Shown here piece after piece: positions 34,533 through 45,166 of a stretch of 64,000 bases of DNA (positions are counted from its first letter, which is position 1; each line of letters starts with the position of its first letter). A program made the position numbers and the translations under genes. The stretch comes from a virus. The notes beneath the pieces are model-generated. The model made no database searches, was not told the DNA's origin, and saw nothing but the letters and a program-made list of their open reading frames with translations. The stretch is taken from the IMG/VR virus record IMGVR_UViG_3300010883_000017, positions 9,849 through 73,848 of that record; one strand, written 5' to 3'.

Positions 34533-35816
34533 ATGGCACATAGTGCACGTAGAGGAACGACTAGTTCGAGGTATTCTTTTAAGGCGCATGGAAGTGCATC
34601 AAGGAAGCAAGGGCGCCTTGGTGATTACGTTCTGAAACCTAACAACGGAACGGAAGCCTGGTCGCCGTCGTGGAACCATACCACGACTGTCTTTCGACCC
34701 TTCCCAGTACCGTCTGCGGAAGATCCCGCACAGTTGTGTGGGTTTAAGTTGTCTGATGATCCTGATGATTGGGATGATTGGATTCGCGGATACCCTGCGG
34801 CACGTAACTGGGGCGACCCCGGTATTACTTTTCTTTTGTACGATCCTACAGAGGACATTAACCCCGAAGAGCACCCTGCGTGGGTTCTTTTTCGTTGTGT
34901 AGATGGCCGTGTGTCAGCGGGACAAGCTCCAGCACACTGGCAATCACTTTTGCAAGGCGGTCAAGGTCGCAGCGCGATGTTGCGAGCCCCGCAAGACTTG
35001 TATGTGATGCAAGGTGCGTTGCTAGAGCAGCGAAGTAAGCCGTATGATCCGCCACGTGGTGGGTCTCCCGACGATGATTTGCTCATCTTGGAGTGTACCC
35101 GTTCCGTTATTCAAGAGATGGCTCCGCAGCTTAACGAGATCGATTTTGATCTTGTTTCTCTTGAAGCAGGCAGTGGCGGGCTGCTTCAGATTTATCAGGT
35201 GGGCGGCGCAGCAGATCCTGCTCAGGCGTCTGCTAGTGGTTTTGGCGGCCGACGCGCTGGCCTCTCTAGCCGTAGTGAAGATCGCAAGATTGGCTACGGT
35301 GTGCAGGTTATTCGTGAATGGAACGGCGTGTCGGGTGATCTTTCCGGCGTTGCTGATATGGTGCAGGCTAAGGTGAAACCGTGGGAAGAGGTTCTGCGTA
35401 TTCTTCCTATTGAAGAGCAGGCGCATCTTCTGGCTAAGCACTTTCCTGCCGATGTTATCTGGGAAGCGTTTGCTGACCATCGGTATGAGGGTTGGATTCC
35501 GGAGCACGTTGAGCGGGCTATTAATCAGCCGGTTAGTGTGGCGTCTCCAGGTGTTCCGCCAGAGACTCCTTCGCAAGCACCTCCGGCTCCCGCTGCGGGT
35601 CTCGCCTCTGGTTGGGGCGCAGAACGCGCGGACGCAGGCGCTGGGGCTGCTGTTGATCCGTTGGCACGGCCTACAGGCCCTGCAGAGGTGGATCCTACCG
35701 TTCCTGAGGGGCTTCCAGTGGATGATATTGCTTCGGCAATGGCAACCCCCACGGAAGAGTCCCGGACCCGTGCCGATATTGTGGCGGAGGCGCGCAAGGC
35801 CGTTAGTGACGAGTAA
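34533..35816 (+). CDS. hypothetical protein, possible single-stranded DNA-binding protein
   Basis: Position between polA and recA plus a low-complexity acidic tail; function inferred from context only. Confidence 0.5.
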   Translation: MAHSARRGTTSSRYSFKAHGSASRKQGRLGDYVLKPNNGTEAWSPSWNHTTTVFRPFPVPSAEDPAQLCGFKLSDDPDDWDDWIRGYPAARNWGDPGITFLLYDPTEDINPEEHPAWVLFRCVDGRVSAGQAPAHWQSLLQGGQGRSAMLRAPQDLYVMQGALLEQRSKPYDPPRGGSPDDDLLILECTRSVIQEMAPQLNEIDFDLVSLEAGSGGLLQIYQVGGAADPAQASASGFGGRRAGLSSRSEDRKIGYGVQVIREWNGVSGDLSGVADMVQAKVKPWEEVLRILPIEEQAHLLAKHFPADVIWEAFADHRYEGWIPEHVERAINQPVSVASPGVPPETPSQAPPAPAAGLASGWGAERADAGAGAAVDPLARPTGPAEVDPTVPEGLPVDDIASAMATPTEESRTRADIVAEARKAVSDE

Positions 35817-35830
35817 GTAGTGTTGTGTAG

Positions 35831-35901
35831 TCGGCGGGGGGAGGGTGTTGGCCACCTGTCTAGGTGTGGCCCCGCTTAATCCCCCCTGCCGATTTTTTTT
35901 T
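35831..35901 (+). terminator. intrinsic terminator
   Basis: TCGGCGGGGGGA/TCCCCCCTGCCGA stem + T9. Confidence 0.7.
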
Positions 35902-35917
35902 AGGAGTGTGATTGGAA

Positions 35918-37306
35918 ATGGCAAAGAAGAAGGTACGACCGAGTTCAGAAGAAACGCATGGTGCTACAGTTGATGCCATGATGGAGGGGTTGCACGAGTC
36001 TCTTGCAAAAGAACTCGGCAGCGACCGCGTACGAAGTCAGGACGAGATTACACGGAGGATGATTGGTATTCCGCTGCCGGCGTTGGCCTTTCGGTATCTC
36101 ATACAGCAGGACGTGTTGCCGCTAGGTAGGATTATCACGATTAATGGTTTGGAGAGCTCATGTAAGAGCTCGTTGATGTATGAGATCATGCGTTGGCACA
36201 TGGTGTACGGCGGTATGTCATTGCTGCTGGAGAATGAGTCTAAAGACTCTCCTGATATCCGTCAGGGTGTTTGGGATCATAACGACGATTTTCTTAATAA
36301 GAAGTCTCGTGTTGTTCAGACGCTCTACTTAGATGATTGGCAGAACGGACTAACGCGGGGGCTCTCTGCTTGTCAGGATATGATGACAGCGCGAGGCGGC
36401 CCTGGGCGGAGTGTTCCTGTTGTATTCGGCGTGGATAGTCTTACATCTAAGATGTCTGAAGAGGGCGCAAAGAAGGTTGTTAAGACCGGGCACACCGAGC
36501 GAGGAGAGGGCCGTACTGTTGCGCTGAAGCTTACGGAGTATTTTCAGTGGCTTCCTAGTCAGCTTATTGACTGGCCATTTAGCGTTGTATGTATCCAGCA
36601 CTTGAAGAAGACTAAGGATCCGCGAACAGGGATGCTGATTCGTAATAAGCCGGGCGGGGCTCATGTAGCTTTCATGGAGACGTTCGAGTTTGAGATGGCG
36701 CGCGGCCGAGACATCCAGCACGTGGATGATGGCGGTGTGAATCTTACTATAGAGACTCGTAAGAACTCCCTCGGCCCTGCACGGATTAAGATCGACGTGA
36801 TCTTCAGGTGGTGGTGGGAAGACGACCCTGTTACTGGTGTGCGCACTCAAAAGCATGTCTTTGATTGGGACGATGCGTCTATGAATATGCTTATCAAACT
36901 TGCAAAGGATAAGAAGACGATCTGGAAGCGGGTCATTGAAGTAGTTGATCTGCACCCAAAGATTTCTTTACGGCAAGTGTGGTCGCGGGAGCTGGGCATT
37001 CCAGAGGACTCACCGTTGTCTTACGCTGAAGCCTATAGGATTATCGAGCGCGATCGTCCAGATATTCTTCTGGAGTTGTACAGGATCTTAGGGATCAGGC
37101 AACGTAGGCAGCTTAGTTATGGGCAAGATTACTTGAGCCTTGTTAATTCTGAAGATGCTAGTCCTATGGGCGGTATGCCAGCACCCACGCTTTACCTTCC
37201 ACCGCGGGTTGACTCAGGGGCGGTTGCCGCAGAGCTTACTGATAAAGTATTGCCTGACGAGCCCGAGGTTGTGTACGAAGCGGAGGAGGATATCGGGCCT
37301 GTATGA
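35918..37306 (+). CDS. RecA/UvsX-like recombinase
   Basis: PLGRIITINGLESSCKS, VDSLT, PGG, KN. Confidence 0.85.
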   Translation: MAKKKVRPSSEETHGATVDAMMEGLHESLAKELGSDRVRSQDEITRRMIGIPLPALAFRYLIQQDVLPLGRIITINGLESSCKSSLMYEIMRWHMVYGGMSLLLENESKDSPDIRQGVWDHNDDFLNKKSRVVQTLYLDDWQNGLTRGLSACQDMMTARGGPGRSVPVVFGVDSLTSKMSEEGAKKVVKTGHTERGEGRTVALKLTEYFQWLPSQLIDWPFSVVCIQHLKKTKDPRTGMLIRNKPGGAHVAFMETFEFEMARGRDIQHVDDGGVNLTIETRKNSLGPARIKIDVIFRWWWEDDPVTGVRTQKHVFDWDDASMNMLIKLAKDKKTIWKRVIEVVDLHPKISLRQVWSRELGIPEDSPLSYAEAYRIIERDRPDILLELYRILGIRQRRQLSYGQDYLSLVNSEDASPMGGMPAPTLYLPPRVDSGAVAAELTDKVLPDEPEVVYEAEEDIGPV

Positions 37307-37845
37307 GTACGTTTAGCTGGGATGATACGGGATTTGAAGAGGACCCGGACGCGCCTTTCGCACAAGCTGAGGACACTGCTGTACGTAAAGTTCTCCGTAA
37401 AATGGGGAATGAGTCAGCAATTCAGAGTTTGCGCCATAGATGTAGAGAAGTCACGGGGAGCGATCTTTTGACCTTCCCGTGGTTTCACGAAGAGTATCCT
37501 ACGTGGCCTATCCTTTTGGGTGTTGCTCGTGTTAGGCATATCCGTCCCATCCCGTGGGGACAGGTAATGAAGAACTTCACGAAAACACCAATGTTCAAGG
37601 CCTTTGAAAACTTTACTGAGGATGTGGGGGTCAACGTCCGTGAAGAGAGCGCGGGTGTTATTTTTATGAGTCCTGGGCACACTACTATGGTGCTTCACAA
37701 TTACCCGCGCGATGATGAATATGTGGCGCGAGGTAAAGAATGGACTAGAATTACGAGACCCATGGGGAACATGACTCCTCGTGTTATTTATACGTTAGAG
37801 CCGTTGGACGCGCTCTTATACTTCGTCGACAAGGAGTTTGAGTGA
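37303..37845 (+). CDS. hypothetical protein
   Basis: ATGA coupling. Confidence 0.6.
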   Translation: MSTFSWDDTGFEEDPDAPFAQAEDTAVRKVLRKMGNESAIQSLRHRCREVTGSDLLTFPWFHEEYPTWPILLGVARVRHIRPIPWGQVMKNFTKTPMFKAFENFTEDVGVNVREESAGVIFMSPGHTTMVLHNYPRDDEYVARGKEWTRITRPMGNMTPRVIYTLEPLDALLYFVDKEFE

Positions 37846-38990
37846 CTTTGATTGATGTGCCCAAGTTATACGTGCCTCCAGCGCTCTGTGAGTTTTCAGA
37901 CAAGCAGCGCCTGGACAAGCGCCTCAGGGAGGTTGATGAGAACACTTTAGTTCGCCCTCCGATATCTCCCGACGAAATCACGCTTGATGCTGATGGGCGT
38001 ACTATTGCGGGCGGGTACCGGTACACTGTCAATGCTTTTGATACTGTGGCGCGAACTCTGGCGCCTGGGCTTTCCACGCTGGTTCCCAATCTAGCAGGTG
38101 AGAATCAGCGGTCTCGGCGCAAGGAAGAGCAGAAGTCTTTTTCAGAAGCGCTATCCGTTTTTAATGCTGTAGCGGTGGCGCGGTTTGATGCGGAGATTTC
38201 CCAGTGCCAGTTCGTTTTCAATGAAGGAGAGAAGCTTATCGAGGGGGTCCTGGGCCCAAAGACAAAGTATCTTGATAACTCTCTCTTTTTTCAGTTAATA
38301 GATGAAACGCTGGTAGCAACGTTCGGGGACGAGGTTGAATTTTATTGCGCGCACGTAGCGGGGCGCAGGTTGCTACTACGTTATTGTAGATCTGCTGCCT
38401 TGTGTACGCTTGGCCCAGAGAATGATCAAACACATTTCATTCATAGGGGTTATCATTTTAGTAATTCAGAGAGTGGTGACGCCAGCGTGCGCGCGGCTCC
38501 GTTGTATGTAAACCCAGAGAGCGGGCATGCTTGCCTGGGGCGTTTTGCTAAGGCTAAGACGCGTATGATTCACGCAGGAAGGGAATTTCGAGCACGGCTT
38601 AACAGCTTGTTATCTGCCGCCATCACCAATGACGGGGATGACACAGTTTTTGTTAATAAACTGCGCGAGTTGCAAGGCTATTCGTTAGAATTGCCTTCTC
38701 CTGCGCATGAGTCGTTTGATGATTGTTTGGTGCAATTGGTTGGCGTTGTTTCCAAGTATGGAACAATAACAAATAGTCTTGCGCAAAAAATAGTAGAGCA
38801 CGCGGTATACACAGGAGCGTTCCCGACGGGGGATTCCCAGTACCGTGCGCTTCGAGATTCACAGGTAACAAAGAGAACTGAGTATGACGTTTACTGTGCG
38901 GTGACCGCTGAAGCAAAAAAGCTACCAATTCGTCAAAGGGAATCGGTGGAACAAGCTGCATTTGATTATTTATTTGATGACAATCGTTAA
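37842..38990 (+). CDS. hypothetical protein, DUF932-like
   Basis: GYHFSNSESGDASV motif. Confidence 0.5.
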   Translation: MTLIDVPKLYVPPALCEFSDKQRLDKRLREVDENTLVRPPISPDEITLDADGRTIAGGYRYTVNAFDTVARTLAPGLSTLVPNLAGENQRSRRKEEQKSFSEALSVFNAVAVARFDAEISQCQFVFNEGEKLIEGVLGPKTKYLDNSLFFQLIDETLVATFGDEVEFYCAHVAGRRLLLRYCRSAALCTLGPENDQTHFIHRGYHFSNSESGDASVRAAPLYVNPESGHACLGRFAKAKTRMIHAGREFRARLNSLLSAAITNDGDDTVFVNKLRELQGYSLELPSPAHESFDDCLVQLVGVVSKYGTITNSLAQKIVEHAVYTGAFPTGDSQYRALRDSQVTKRTEYDVYCAVTAEAKKLPIRQRESVEQAAFDYLFDDNR

Positions 38991-39000
38991 GGAGAGATGC

Positions 39001-39912
39001 ATGTCTACAGCACTATCAGACCCGAAGAGGGCCAAGGAAGCCAAAAAAGCACTTATTACTCGTAATAAAATTGTGTCGGATATGAATTCGGCATTGAACG
39101 ATAAATACTGTGAGATGACTGCTCGTCTAGATGCAGTGATGGCTAGCGGTTTACGTTTTTATCATTGGTTGGGAGGCGAGGTTAATGACGTAGTTAAGAA
39201 CGTCGGTAATGTGTACGGGGCGGGCGCTATGAAAAAGATTGCGGAGGCCTGGACAATGCATCCCAGCATGTTATACAAGTCTAAGGCTTTTAATGACGCT
39301 TACTCTGAAGAAGCGCTTGAACGTTTGTGTAATCTTAAGACCGAAGCTGGGACCTTGATTGGCTGGGCGCATGTCATTCAGCTCATCGGTATTCCTGAGA
39401 AGGCACGACCGCGGATACAGGATAAGGTTATCGATGAGGCTATGACTGCTAAGGAGCTAGCCGCGCTTGTTAAAAAGCTCTACGGGCAGCGGGCATCTGG
39501 CGGCAGGCCACTCATGCGACCTAAAACTGTAAAGGCCGGCTTAGTGCAGTTGCGTACTGTATCGGCACAGTGGTTAAATCGTAACTCGGATATATGGAAC
39601 AACCAGGACCACTCCTTATTTCAAGAATTGGAGGAAATGCCACCGGAAGAGCTCACACACGAGCTAGTTGATGAGTTGGAGCAGATTGCAGCGGGGCAAA
39701 GTTCTATGTCTAGCGCATGTGCTAGCAACGCAGAATCTGCAGCGCGCTTGATGGATCAAGTTAAATCTGTGCTCCGAGAGCGAGATCAGGCGATTGCCGC
39801 GGTCATTAGGGAAGAACGGAGTCCATCCGAAGCTGCTGCACCTCCTGCCACGGGAACAAGCCCTCGCGCCACCGGGCGCGGCATGGCGAGCGGGAAGGCA
39901 CCGCGTAGATGA
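39001..39912 (+). CDS. YhcG/DUF1016 N-terminal-like domain protein
   Basis: YHWLG..YG...MKKIA..F...Y..GWAHVIQL; no PD-(D/E)XK domain apparent. Confidence 0.5.
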   Translation: MSTALSDPKRAKEAKKALITRNKIVSDMNSALNDKYCEMTARLDAVMASGLRFYHWLGGEVNDVVKNVGNVYGAGAMKKIAEAWTMHPSMLYKSKAFNDAYSEEALERLCNLKTEAGTLIGWAHVIQLIGIPEKARPRIQDKVIDEAMTAKELAALVKKLYGQRASGGRPLMRPKTVKAGLVQLRTVSAQWLNRNSDIWNNQDHSLFQELEEMPPEELTHELVDELEQIAAGQSSMSSACASNAESAARLMDQVKSVLRERDQAIAAVIREERSPSEAAAPPATGTSPRATGRGMASGKAPRR

Positions 39913-39952
39913 TTTTTTGTTTTTGTTTCACGTTTAAAAGGGAAGAAGGAAT

Positions 39953-40353
39953 ATGACTAATAGCATTACAAGTTGCCAAGCGAATGCACTGTTGGCTTTG
40001 CAGCGTGATCTTATGGGGTCGGGTCTTACAGTGACCGTAGGCGAGTGTGAGACCTCTTGCACAACCCCTGCGGCCGCTACAAGGGTCGGCACTCGTACTA
40101 GGAAGGCGGCTACGCGGGCTACTACGGCGGACACGACGCCAAGAAGCGTCGCGGACGACCGCCGAAGGACGCAACTACGACCACGCCTACCGCGTCCGGG
40201 GCGCGGAAGATGAGTAGCGCGGGCCGTCAGGCAATTGCCGAGTCGTCTGGAGCGTATCACGCTCGCATTAAAGAGCTGCGCGATGCCGAGCACCTTACGC
40301 TGAAACAGGCCCGGGCGCGGTACCAGGAATTGAAAGAGGACGGCACTCTCTAG
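39953..40353 (+). pseudogene. histone-like/AT-hook protein split by a -1 frameshift near 40139
   Basis: Frame 2 reads ...TTADTTP; frame 1 continues KKRRGRPPK...RKMSSAGRQAIA...TAG 40353 and has no start upstream of the AT-hook. Confidence 0.6.
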
Positions 40354-40438
40354 CGTTTTGTGTTCAAGGTTGAGGCGTATACGGCTGCCGGGGCGAATGG
40401 AGTCGCCCCTGGTGGTCGTTTTATTTTTGGGGCGTCCT

Positions 40439-41251
40439 ATGGAATATACAGTTTTTGCGCTTTTCTACGGTGATTACCCTGAGCTAGCTTCCCGGTGCTT
40501 GAATTCTTTGAAACTGCTTCCGCACGGCTGTGCCGAGCTGCGCGTTGGACTTAACGCGGTGCCGGAGAGCAGCGAAACGCAGCGCATTGTTCGCGCTATG
40601 GTAGATGAGCGGCACCTTGTGGAGAGCAACATCTACGAGTCTTCAGAAAATATTCATAAGTACCCACTGATGCGCCGTATGTTTCACGACCCGGATAACC
40701 CGGTTGATACACCATACATTATGTGGTTTGACGACGACTCGTTTCTACGAACAGATGAATGCAGTAATTTTGAAGCGTGGTCTACGGAGTTGGCGGGATA
40801 CTTGTGTGACTTTGCAATGCTTGGCGCTGTTTATAAGCTGGGGCTTGCGGGGAAGCAGAAGGAGTACGTTGAAGATCAATCGTGGTACAATGGTAAGCCA
40901 GTTGGGAAGAACTTTACGTTCATAACTGGTGGTTGGTGGTGCCTTCGCGCGGAGGTTGTGTCTGCGTTTGATTGGCCGCCCCCTGATTTAGATCATCGCG
41001 GGGGAGATGCATTGCTAGGGGAGTTACTGCGTCAGCATGACTACTCGATAAAGCACTTTACTCGGCATGTAGCAATTAATGCCGACGAGGACGGGCGCCA
41101 GTGCAAGGCCAAACGCCGGGGTTACGATTCTCGGCCTATAGGGCACGATTACGAGCCCGGGGTTACTAAGCAGATCTCTGCGGTAATGCCGCGCCTGGCT
41201 AGGACAGAATTACCTTATGAAAAATTGATGGAGGAACTTGATAATGAGTGA
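40439..41251 (+). CDS. GT-A fold glycosyltransferase-like protein
   Basis: MWFDDDS (DxD), GGWW, GGD. Confidence 0.6.
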   Translation: MEYTVFALFYGDYPELASRCLNSLKLLPHGCAELRVGLNAVPESSETQRIVRAMVDERHLVESNIYESSENIHKYPLMRRMFHDPDNPVDTPYIMWFDDDSFLRTDECSNFEAWSTELAGYLCDFAMLGAVYKLGLAGKQKEYVEDQSWYNGKPVGKNFTFITGGWWCLRAEVVSAFDWPPPDLDHRGGDALLGELLRQHDYSIKHFTRHVAINADEDGRQCKAKRRGYDSRPIGHDYEPGVTKQISAVMPRLARTELPYEKLMEELDNE

Positions 41252-41594
41252 TGGCGAAGAAAGAAAGGCGCGACTAGAAGAGATTCTAGACGGGCTTGAA
41301 GCAACTATGGATCGTGTACGTGGTGAGATGGCTGAGTTTAAGACTATTCGACAGGTGGCGCGGGGCGACGGTGATAGTCTTGAGAATGCCAGGTTTTACG
41401 TCGACATTGGCGCCGGAGCGGTGGAGATTCCAGCACCAGCATCCCTTTCTGAAGAAGCGTTGTCGGGATTGATGGATCAACAGGGAAGCAAGGTTGCTGC
41501 TACATGGACTGAGGAGATCAAGCCCCTCGTTGACGAGGCGGTGGGCATTTGTCAGCAGGCCTCTGATAGGGGCCAGGAGGGGGACGAAGGATGA
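41244..41594 (+). CDS. hypothetical protein
   Basis: GGAGG RBS. Confidence 0.6.
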   Translation: MSDGEERKARLEEILDGLEATMDRVRGEMAEFKTIRQVARGDGDSLENARFYVDIGAGAVEIPAPASLSEEALSGLMDQQGSKVAATWTEEIKPLVDEAVGICQQASDRGQEGDEG

Positions 41595-42166
41595 GCATTG
41601 AGCTAGTGGAGGGGGTTGAAGTTGAATTAACCAAGCACTGCGCAGGAGTTGTGGGTGTTGATAGTGGGCAGGCGATGATCTGCGACCCGACTAATATCGG
41701 GCAATGGAAGGGCAATGATCTTGACCCTAGTTTTATAGAGCGGAAATTAGAGGATACAGTGAGTGGTATCATCTATACGTGGCCGACAGACTTCAAGAGC
41801 TATGAGTGGTGTTTTGATGAGTTTGCAGAGGTCGTCTTTGTTTCTAAGGACGAGGTAGATCCATCCTGCGACAAACCTACTGTAAATGAGCTTGTCGAGT
41901 CTGGTAGGTTCGAACATGTTGTTAGCGATAACAAAAAGCCTAACGGTGAGTTCTCGTACGACGGCTGTTGCCGCGCTACTCTTGCAGAGAGTTTTGGCCA
42001 GTTGAAGTACGAGAGGGGGCACGACGGCGCAGGTGTTGTATTCAACACAGGCTGCGGCGATGGCGTGTACCCTGTTTACGTGTATACAGCGGATGTTCCT
42101 GGTTGGGGTAACCGCGTTGTTAAGGTTGAGATTTGTTTCTTTGAAGAGGAGGACGTGGATGAGTGA
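41591..42166 (+). CDS. DUF4241-like protein
   Basis: VGVDSGQ..ICDP and TGCGDGVYPVY. Confidence 0.65.
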   Translation: MSIELVEGVEVELTKHCAGVVGVDSGQAMICDPTNIGQWKGNDLDPSFIERKLEDTVSGIIYTWPTDFKSYEWCFDEFAEVVFVSKDEVDPSCDKPTVNELVESGRFEHVVSDNKKPNGEFSYDGCCRATLAESFGQLKYERGHDGAGVVFNTGCGDGVYPVYVYTADVPGWGNRVVKVEICFFEEEDVDE

Positions 42167-42283
42167 TGCTGAAGTAGTAGCTGAAGACCAAGACTTGGTA
42201 GATCATTTGGACCCGAGCCACCCTTTCGAGTTGGATATTGGTGTTGCCGGGGCCCTTCCGCGGGTATTGCTAAGGAGGTCGGC

Positions 42284-42730
42284 GTGCCTTTAAGTAATAC
42301 GTCTGGCTGTCCGCATTTGGACGGATTCCGCGCAGATATTGTGGAAGTAGATGAAAAAGTTGGGGTAGATCTACTGCTGTACCAAAACGGGGAAGAATCT
42401 AGTAGATGGCGCCTAGCGGAATTCGACACCGTCGAGTACGCTGCGGCCCGCCGATTCTGGCAGCTCCTGGCGGCAGTAGCCAGGTTTGTAACGTTGGGCG
42501 GGGATACAGATACTATATATGCTGTTTGGGATAACTGGCCTGACGTTGCCGTATCTCCTGTGCTTCCGCTTCTTTCGGTGGAGTCGGAAGAGTCTTACGT
42601 GCATACGTACCAGCTTCCGGACGGCAAATTTTTGCGAGTATACGAGGATGAAACTTATGAGGAATTAGATAGAATGGATTTTCACGATTTGCTTGAAGAC
42701 CTGGTTGCTGATGAACCAGGCGCTGAATAG
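42284..42730 (+). CDS. hypothetical protein
   Basis: AGGAGG RBS before GTG. Confidence 0.55.
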   Translation: MPLSNTSGCPHLDGFRADIVEVDEKVGVDLLLYQNGEESSRWRLAEFDTVEYAAARRFWQLLAAVARFVTLGGDTDTIYAVWDNWPDVAVSPVLPLLSVESEESYVHTYQLPDGKFLRVYEDETYEELDRMDFHDLLEDLVADEPGAE

Positions 42731-42745
42731 TGTGGCAAGGAAGTT

Positions 42746-43606
42746 ATGTCAAATTTACAAGTCTATAATTTGCAAAGTACATTTCGGCTTCGCAATCGCT
42801 TAATTCAGGATACTTGTTCTCCGTATTACTGCTGCACACCTGAGGGAGACGATTTCCAGGCATTCGCTGAGGATGTTTGGCGGGCACTTCCTGCTGGTAC
42901 AAACCTGAGTGCGGTCTTTGAGTCTCTTCGTGGAGCTGCCGGCCGCGAGCTGGCGTTACCGCTCGTTGAAGAGATCATGTGGCGGCTGGCGGGTAACTTG
43001 GATTTATTAAAGGCTGGGCGTGCCGTGTGTCCGTGGACAGCGCAGCGGACGGAAGAGTGGATGCCCGTGCAGGCGGTGCGCGCTGTTCCCCGCTTGAATC
43101 GTAAGAAGCAGCCTGGTTATCTGTTCACGTTTAGGGTGTTAGCTGGTACTGCTTGTCCTTTGCTCATTCATAAGCATTGGACGCGACCTGCGTGCGCGGT
43201 TGCGGCTAAGCATGTAGGCCATACTAGACGGAATGGTAAGTACCCGTACAAGCATCCGCAGCAACTAGTTGGGTTGCGGATGTATTGCCTAGTTACGCCG
43301 AAGCTTAGTCAGCAGGGGCATCCTGGTTTTTTTAAGACGGAGTGCCCCCCTTCTTGTGTTCGGTATAATCGCGAGATCCTGACCACCCGGCTGGGCGAGC
43401 GGCCTAGTTCTTGCCCGCGAGGGTATACTCATGAGTGCCATAAATGTACCGTCGGGTATATTGATTGTATTGGCGGTACGCATAGAGAGAATTACGTTAA
43501 ATCGTTTTGTAGCCACTGTGGGCAGTTATCTGTCTTTGATCCGGAGAATGTGTCGGATAAGTGCGTACCCTGTGCGGAACATATACAATTAAGGGGGGAT
43601 TCTTGA
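42746..43606 (+). CDS. hypothetical Cys-rich protein
   Basis: Multiple CxxC pairs at the C-terminus. Confidence 0.65.
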   Translation: MSNLQVYNLQSTFRLRNRLIQDTCSPYYCCTPEGDDFQAFAEDVWRALPAGTNLSAVFESLRGAAGRELALPLVEEIMWRLAGNLDLLKAGRAVCPWTAQRTEEWMPVQAVRAVPRLNRKKQPGYLFTFRVLAGTACPLLIHKHWTRPACAVAAKHVGHTRRNGKYPYKHPQQLVGLRMYCLVTPKLSQQGHPGFFKTECPPSCVRYNREILTTRLGERPSSCPRGYTHECHKCTVGYIDCIGGTHRENYVKSFCSHCGQLSVFDPENVSDKCVPCAEHIQLRGDS

Positions 43607-43788
43607 TGGGCAGTCCACCGAAACCTCGGCAGTTGTTTTTACATTTTGGCGACAGTACGGAGTGTTGTGGGGGCGGGTGTGAAAAGGAAGAAGAGGCGCA
43701 GAAGGCCCCCGATCAAACGCAAGTTAAGCAATCGTATGCGAAAGCTTGCGAGGAGTTACTAGAAGAGGATGAATAGAAGGAGCTCTAC

Positions 43789-44268
43789 GTGAATAATCCC
43801 CATGAACACCTACTGCAGTACTCGCAACGTGATGGAGACAGTAGAAAGTATTCCCCTAATCGGGATATTGCATATGTCTTTCCACAGCTTATTAAAGAAG
43901 CCATCCGCGGCCTAGATGATGAGACCCTTTGGCAGGGCGGGATCAAGGATTACCTGAAATTCCGCAATATTACTGTTGAAGATATCGGTAAGGCGGAGGA
44001 GACGTTTGCACAGGGTATCGTACTCTTTACTAAGTACGGATGCGGTTCTCCCAAAGAGGCGCTTGGGCAGGCGGGCTTCTTCGATGTGCCTGAAGCAGCC
44101 CAGGATGCTATCATGATGCGCATTGGGCAGGTGATGGCGGGGGCTTTCTTTGTCGCTATCCGCGACGTTACGCCGATGGGTGCGCAGCCACCTGTCATGC
44201 GGGATATTGAGTCCACGGTACGCTCGGCCGGGGTGTTTGCGCGGGAGTTATTGAAGAAGAAGAGTTAG
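43789..44268 (+). CDS. hypothetical protein
   Basis: AAGGAG RBS. Confidence 0.6.
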   Translation: MNNPHEHLLQYSQRDGDSRKYSPNRDIAYVFPQLIKEAIRGLDDETLWQGGIKDYLKFRNITVEDIGKAEETFAQGIVLFTKYGCGSPKEALGQAGFFDVPEAAQDAIMMRIGQVMAGAFFVAIRDVTPMGAQPPVMRDIESTVRSAGVFARELLKKKS

Positions 44269-44300
44269 GTTACGTTAGTTTCCCATGGAAGGGGCGGCAT

Positions 44301-45134
44301 ATGACACCAGGACAATGGCTTGTAGAACTACAATCTCGTTTAGGCTATAGCATTTTTCCTGATGATTATATCGTTGTAGATGTAGAAACTACCGGACGTG
44401 TTTTTTACGGCGCCAACGGAAGTTACACGCCTGGCAATCATGGCTACCATGACTTAATTACTCAGATGGGGCACTGCATTGTCCGTGGTGGTGAGGTGAA
44501 GCATAGTGCCGGCGTAGTTTTGGATTGGTCCCGAGAAGATGCACGCGAGCTACACGAGTTTGAGGCAATGCATGATCCGCGCTGGCTTGCGGATCAGTTG
44601 GATTTTCTGGAGCGGGTGTTTGCGGAGAAAGGGCGCACTTACCAGGTACCGCTTTCAAAGATGAAAGATGAAGGCGAACCCCCGGTAAAGATTTTACAAG
44701 GGTATTACGACCTCTTCATTGAGTCACGAGAAAAGGGGTTAAAGTTTGTTGGGCATAATGCGTGGGGATTTGATGCGAAGATGATCATGTATCATTTTCG
44801 GCATTATTTGGGTAAGAGCTTTAAGTGGAAGGCGGATGAGATTATAGATACGGGCATGATTGAGAAGGCTATTCAAGATGCCGACAATGAAAATATTAGC
44901 CTTCCGTGGCCTACAGAAAATTTGAAGACCTGGTCTCGGCGGATTGCTAATAGTCCTCGCGCGGGCATTCGTTGGAATTTAGATCAACATGTGGTAAACA
45001 AATACAACTTGGTGGAGCGCTTCGACCTGAACATGGAGGAGGCGCATGATGCCGGGTTTGATTGCTACCTCACTCATTTGCTTTTACGCACGTTTAAAGC
45101 TGTATACGAGGCTGAGGTTGGTCTTGAGCAGTAG
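44301..45134 (+). CDS. DnaQ-like DEDDh 3'-5' exonuclease
   Basis: DVETTG, GHNAWGFD, IDT, AHDAGFD. Confidence 0.85.
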   Translation: MTPGQWLVELQSRLGYSIFPDDYIVVDVETTGRVFYGANGSYTPGNHGYHDLITQMGHCIVRGGEVKHSAGVVLDWSREDARELHEFEAMHDPRWLADQLDFLERVFAEKGRTYQVPLSKMKDEGEPPVKILQGYYDLFIESREKGLKFVGHNAWGFDAKMIMYHFRHYLGKSFKWKADEIIDTGMIEKAIQDADNENISLPWPTENLKTWSRRIANSPRAGIRWNLDQHVVNKYNLVERFDLNMEEAHDAGFDCYLTHLLLRTFKAVYEAEVGLEQ

Positions 45135-45166
45135 GTGGTTATTCACGTTAAAGATGTAAAACGACC

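Noticed and set aside
35022-35924. Long minus-strand ORFs (this one, 4384-5100, 14232-14885, 36350-36955 and similar)
   Set aside because: Antisense shadows of well-supported plus-strand genes
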